From Anolis carolinensis (Eukaryota): DNA of 64,000 bases. Shown one piece after another: positions 59,501-64,000 of the stretch (within the stretch, counting starts at the first letter, position 1; each line of letters opens with the position of its first letter). Location: the NCBI RefSeq assembly GCF_035594765.1, contig NC_085845.1, positions 197,424,897 to 197,488,896 of the forward strand, in the 5' to 3' direction. The position numbers and the translations under genes are program-made. Below the pieces are notes generated by a model, which saw only the letters and a list, made by a program, of their open reading frames with translations, searched no databases and had not been told where the DNA came from.

Positions 59501-62500
59501 TGTATTGACCACCTTGAACATTAAAGGCATGTTTTATGGGCTGAAGCATTTGAACCAGAATCCATTTAGGATGTCTATCTGCTACTTCCATTAAATATCT
59601 TGTGTATATACTGTTAATTTATGCATTTTTAATCTGATTGTAGGAAAAAACTGATGTGGAAGGAACACTGTTTGTTTACACAAGGTGAGAATTTTAAATA
59701 TTTTTATTATCATTGTTGTTAAACATTTATACCTATCTCGAGGCAGCTTACAAATAGCATTAAAACAAGTTAAGTTATTTAAAACAACAAAATAATGTGA
59801 ATAAGGCAAAATATATTAAACAGTATAATGGTTTTGGGTATGTTAACTTTCAGAACAGCTTCACCGAAGTATGGATTCACCATTATGAACAGACTGAGCA
59901 TGGAAAACCGGACCGAACCCATAACTAAAGACCTGGACTTCCAGCTACAAGACCCTTTCCTTCTATATAGAAATGCCAGATGTGAGTAACACTGAAATTC
60001 TCAGTTATTAGAACAATCTCATCTGTGTCCTGTACTGAGAATAAAAATGGAGAAAAGTTTCCTCCAGTTTTGGAGGCCATTCAGAGGGACACCAGAACAC
60101 AAAGAAGCGTCCTTTTTAAGTATTCCAACTATGAGTGCATCATTTAATCTTCTTTCTTCCGTCTCTCTCCTCTTTTCCTCTCCTCTCTCTCTCTCTCTCT
60201 CTCTCCTCTGGGGGACTTTGGGTTGTGAGTGGATTTAGCAAAAGTTTAGAGAGAATGGTGCGTGAGACTAGCATTTTGTGGGGGGCAGGGAGCAGCTGGC
60301 AGTTGAGAAGGTGAAGCAGGTAAAGAATTTATTCAAAATTCTTCCATCCAAAGATGCTTTTCTTTGATTGCACCTGCACTATATTTAATGCAGTTTTGTT
60401 TTTAATAACAGCTGTTGTAATAGATGACATTCTATTGTTTCAGATGTATCACATTTTTAAAGTTTTAGAAAACCCTCTGAAAATTTTATTTAGCTTCACT
60501 GACCAAAAATGGGTGGTGATCATCATGATACTGTGTTCATCGTTGGGTATCTTTGGTGTGCATTTTACAGTGTCCATTTATGGAATTTGGTTTTACGATA
60601 AAGAAGAATGCCAAAGAATTGCCGAGCTCATGAAAAAGTAAGTGTTGGAGGGCAAAAAAAAGCCTTTTGGAATTTTCTCTGTTTGTGTTTTGCTTGGCTT
60701 CCAAGATCTGACAGGATCTCATGACTTTAGGGGAATATATATAGATATCTGGAGAGCCTCCTTTTTCTGATAGATAGATTACATCATATTCTATAATCCC
60801 TGTTTATTACATATGATATAAACACAGAGCTTGTGTGCAAGTACCTTAAGCTTCATTGGCAGTTATAATAAACCATAATGCTGCTAATTATAAGTGATTA
60901 TTAGATTATTCAGAAATATGCGTGGTCTCTTAGTCCCTCATGGCTGCCCACATTGTTGAATGGCTGAAAGACTCTAAACCTCTGTCAATGAGCCTGATTT
61001 GGCTGGTGTGACTATGATGATAGCTACTTATTATAATTTACTAGTTATGTCACCGTGTTAACTGGCATGGCATAGTTATTACTTTGTAAACAAAGTATCT
61101 GTCTGCTTTATTTCAATAAATGATTGGTTGCCAAGTTTTATTATTGTAAACCATGTTTAATAGATTATGCTAACCACATTTCATCTACTAACATTGAACC
61201 TTACTTCAGCCAAAATACGATATCTTACAATTCACAGCAGATCCCAGCAATTACGATATAGCTGGGGTAGAAAATTAGTATTTTTCTAGCAGTTAAGGAC
61301 TTACTTAACTGCTCTCCAACTTGATTTTTTATTGTACACTGAGCACAAAATAAGGGAAATTATCAGATTATATCAACCTCAGCCAAACTTTACTTGTTTG
61401 TTTATTCTGAGACCATCATTAAAATATCCCCATTTATTTGAGACAATTAGAAATGAACTCAAATTTTCTTTATTCTTTCATCCTTCATTTCCAGTTTAAC
61501 TCAGCAAGAACAGCTGAAAGCACAGCAGGGAACCATCATGGGAATTTCTCCAGTAAGCCTGAATTCAGGTGATAGCAAAGAAGTGGATATCCTGCGGATG
61601 CTCACTAAAGCCAAAGACGAATATACCAAGGTGAGGCTTATCTGTGCACAGCGACATTATATTTTTGACTGTTTTCTCATTCCCACATCCTGCTGTGCAA
61701 TTCTCTTGTAGATTTGTCACTTTCTTGTTTTCTGTATCATTAATACAAAAATTAATACAGGACTTGTATCCTTGGCCTAACTCTCAGTGAGTGTTAGGAC
61801 AGTCAGGAAATTGCCCACAACCAAAAATCAGTCTGACAGATTTAAACACAGTAAATACTAAAACAATTTAGAAGGCTAAAAATGTATTTAACAGTTGAAC
61901 AAATAACAAAAACAGATTAAAAGATTTAAAGCAGTTTAAAACATGTTAATTCATAATTTTGCCCCAAAACTACCCTTGACTTATATATGAGGTTGTCTTA
62001 TACATGAGCATATACAGTGTTTACATCACACCTTTCTTTTCTTCTTTGAAATTATCATTGGCTTTCTGTCAGTTATCTTTGTTCAGTATGTTTTTAGTTC
62101 TTACTTTTCAGCATACTTGCTTTCATGAGGATAGAACTCTTGGGAAGAAGTGTGTGTGTGTGTGTGTGTGTGTTTTTTTTTTAATGGTTTGTGTGTGTCT
62201 GTGTGTTCCAGTGCAAGACGTGTTCAGAACCCAAGCAAATCACCAGCTCTTCTGCAATATACAACAACCCCAACTTGATAAAACCGATACCAGTGAAGCC
62301 CAGTGAAACTCCTCACCAATGTGCATCCCAGCAGAACCAGGTTTGCGTAAGTATATATGCCCTTTTGATTCATACTCCTCTTGATTTGACTTAATAAGGA
62401 AACCTGCATAGGAAACTTTCCAAGCAGCATTGAAATGATACTTTAGTGGCAAACCTGTATCTGTCATTATGTCTGTTTCTGATCTTACAGTGGCCTTCAT

Positions 62501-63706
62501 CCAGCACTTTGATGATATTGGCAGGGTCTCACTATTACAGGGTCTCATAGCCCTTTGGGGGATATAAAGCGGAGTATAAATAAATATAAAAATAACATTT
62601 TTGGAGTCATAGCTGGTAAGAGGAACAATTTCCCAGTCATCACTTTCCTCCTTCCAATAGTTTTCTTAAGCAATTGTTATCAACCATTTAGTCTGAATTC
62701 TTTACTTGTATTTCCATTTCAAACAGCACGATTGCAATGCCGTCAAGACTTTGTAGAAACGTCAGGAAGGGACAATTAGGACTAACCATTCTATCTTTTC
62801 CTTTATTAATTTTCTTTATTTATTGTACCTCTGTCTTCGTGATGGTGACTTCCACACAATTTCTTCTCTTTCCCCCAACAGAAAACGGATCCGGAACCGC
62901 ATCATTTGTCCCTGACAACACTCTTTGGGAAACTGGAAAAATCTAGTGCATGCCAAGATGTCCCAGACTTGTCACAGAAGCTTCCTCCCAGACAGAGAGT
63001 TGTCCGTTCCTTGTCCTACGAGGAGCCGGGCAGGCATTCACCCTCCACGGAGAAGCAGCTTTGCCCGGCCATTCAGAAACTCATGGTGCGCGGTGGGGCC
63101 GAGCTGCACCCGGTCTCAGAACTCCCTGAGAGCCGACTCTGTGAGAACGGCGGCAAGGTTTTCACTGGACTCTTCCAGCCCGTGGCTCCTCATGGTGTCG
63201 GTGCAGCATCTCATCTGGTCCACAATGCAGCCACCACACAGAGCTTGCTGCAGCAACTGCAGGGTCAGCCAGGGCAGGTGGCTAAAATGGAGGCCAGCAA
63301 CTCTGTACCACCATGTCCGCCTGCATCACTCTTCAGCCGGACTGCTCCTGCGTCCTCAGTCCCCCAAGTCAAGAGTACAACCCAGGCACCTATGTTATAT
63401 TTCAATGGTTCCCTCCCAGGTCAGACATTGGGGTCTCCTCCAGCCCTTGGAAAGGAACAGTCAAAACTTCCTAAGCAGCCTCTTCCTCTCTCCGGAAACC
63501 CACCAGGAAGTTCTGGAGTAATTTCCCCACAAGAGTTGCTTAAAAAACTCCAAATAGTGCAGCAGGAGCAACAGTTACATGTCTCCAGTCGACCAACCTT
63601 GGCAGCTAAGTTTCCTGTGGTTACCCAAAGCGGCCCCTCTCTGAAACCTTTGGATTCCTGGATCGACAAAGCTTCAAACACCGAAAAGCAGCTTCCTCTT
63701 TTTCAG
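53525..63706 (+). CDS. DCP1B: mRNA-decapping enzyme 1B, first 7 exons; continues beyond right edge
   Basis: Exons 53525-53695, 59644-59684, 59854-59981, 60571-60637, 61495-61630, 62212-62340, 62882-63706, all GT-AG and in phase. EVH1 domain [42 protein letters not shown]; [22 protein letters not shown] and [17 protein letters not shown] are DCP1B-type rather than DCP1A-type. Confidence 0.95.
53783..53920 (-). mobile_element. CR1 3' end fragment
   Basis: agaatcatagagaccacgtgggccatctagtccaacc...cagatggccatccagcct. Confidence 0.75.
53947..54655 (-). mobile_element. Non-autonomous Helitron-like element with internal CR1 fragment
   Basis: Minus strand begins (A)TCTATC..CACATAATAAAAGCG plus a TGTA/TG microsatellite and ends with GC hairpin ACTCGG-GCAACG-CCGGGT followed 7 nt later by CTAG|T; no TSD seen. 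Confidence 0.7.
55295..55470 (-). mobile_element. CR1 3' end, antisense (host of nested insertions)
   Basis: atcatagaatcgtagagttggaagagaccac... is the reverse complement of the CR1 tail; the element resumes at ~55745-55817 and 57779-57805. Confidence 0.75.
55479..55736 (+). mobile_element. Second SINE family (copy 2), nested in antisense CR1
   Basis: See 8794-9051; A-rich tail. Confidence 0.7.
55818..57778 (+). mobile_element. Young 5'-truncated CR1 LINE with uninterrupted ORF2 RT region
   Basis: ORF 55638-57692 contains [35 protein letters not shown] and FADD; 3' tail (ATTCTATG)n; target-site duplication CTAGTT at 55812-55817 and 57779-57784. Confidence 0.95.
57805..58650 (+). mobile_element. 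Old degenerate CR1 LINE fragment
   Basis: Diverged parallel to 56590-57760 (tcatcctggaaagaagtgac, aaatttgtagatgataccaaattgggagg, ttcacttaaacattaggaagaa). Confidence 0.75.
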
Positions 63707-63767
63707 GTAGACCCATAGCAATGTGCATTTTTCTAGGGCAAATTGAACTGAAAATATTTATCTACAT

Positions 63768-64000
63768 CAGTGGTTCTCAACCTTTATTTGACCAGGGGCC
63801 ACTTTGACCAGTGGTCTCCAATATTACTACCAAAAGAGTAACGAATCAGTTTTTGGTCAACTTTAGATTTGGTTTGGTTATTTGGGGTGCTGATTCAGAA
63901 AATTGCATTGGATAGACCACATCAGCTCTAGTTTCTGATACAGAACTTATGCCATGCAGTAGCTGCCATCTGCTTGCCCACAGAAAACCATATTTATTAA
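63768..64000. mobile_element. hAT-type DNA element, left end
   Basis: Starts CAGTGGTTCTCAACCT, the same TIR as 475-609. Confidence 0.55.

Noticed and set aside
62925-63521. 198-aa alternative-frame ORF inside DCP1B exon 7
   Set aside because: Starts at a non-ATG codon within an internal GC-rich exon; no recognisable domain; expected shadow ORF.

Overview
Eukaryotic, intron-rich vertebrate DNA. The repeat content (Sauria SINE, young CR1, Penelope-like elements, R4/Dong, L2, Tc1/hAT MITEs, Helitron) points to a squamate, most likely an Anolis lizard. I could splice four genes by hand with consistent exon phases: CEP78 (minus, first 9 coding exons, runs off the left edge), MYSM1 (minus, complete, 20 exons, 820 aa), CLDND1 (minus, complete, 248 aa, plus a 5' exon at ~50.4 kb) and DCP1B (plus, first 7 exons, head-to-head with CLDND1). 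Main points of interest: (1) seven copies of a minimal type-I hammerhead ribozyme motif in Penelope-like repeats, two fully intact and one sense-oriented in the predicted MYSM1 3'UTR; (2) four intron-containing genes that lie on four different human chromosomes are adjacent here; (3) a U12-type minor intron in MYSM1; (4) a Helitron-like element carrying an internal CR1 RT fragment; (5) a strong-Kozak 4-codon uORF ending exactly at the CLDND1 exon-1 donor; (6) MITEs clustered at promoters, one family carrying ZNF143-like motifs. Gene and repeat identities come from recognition of sequence, not from database searches.
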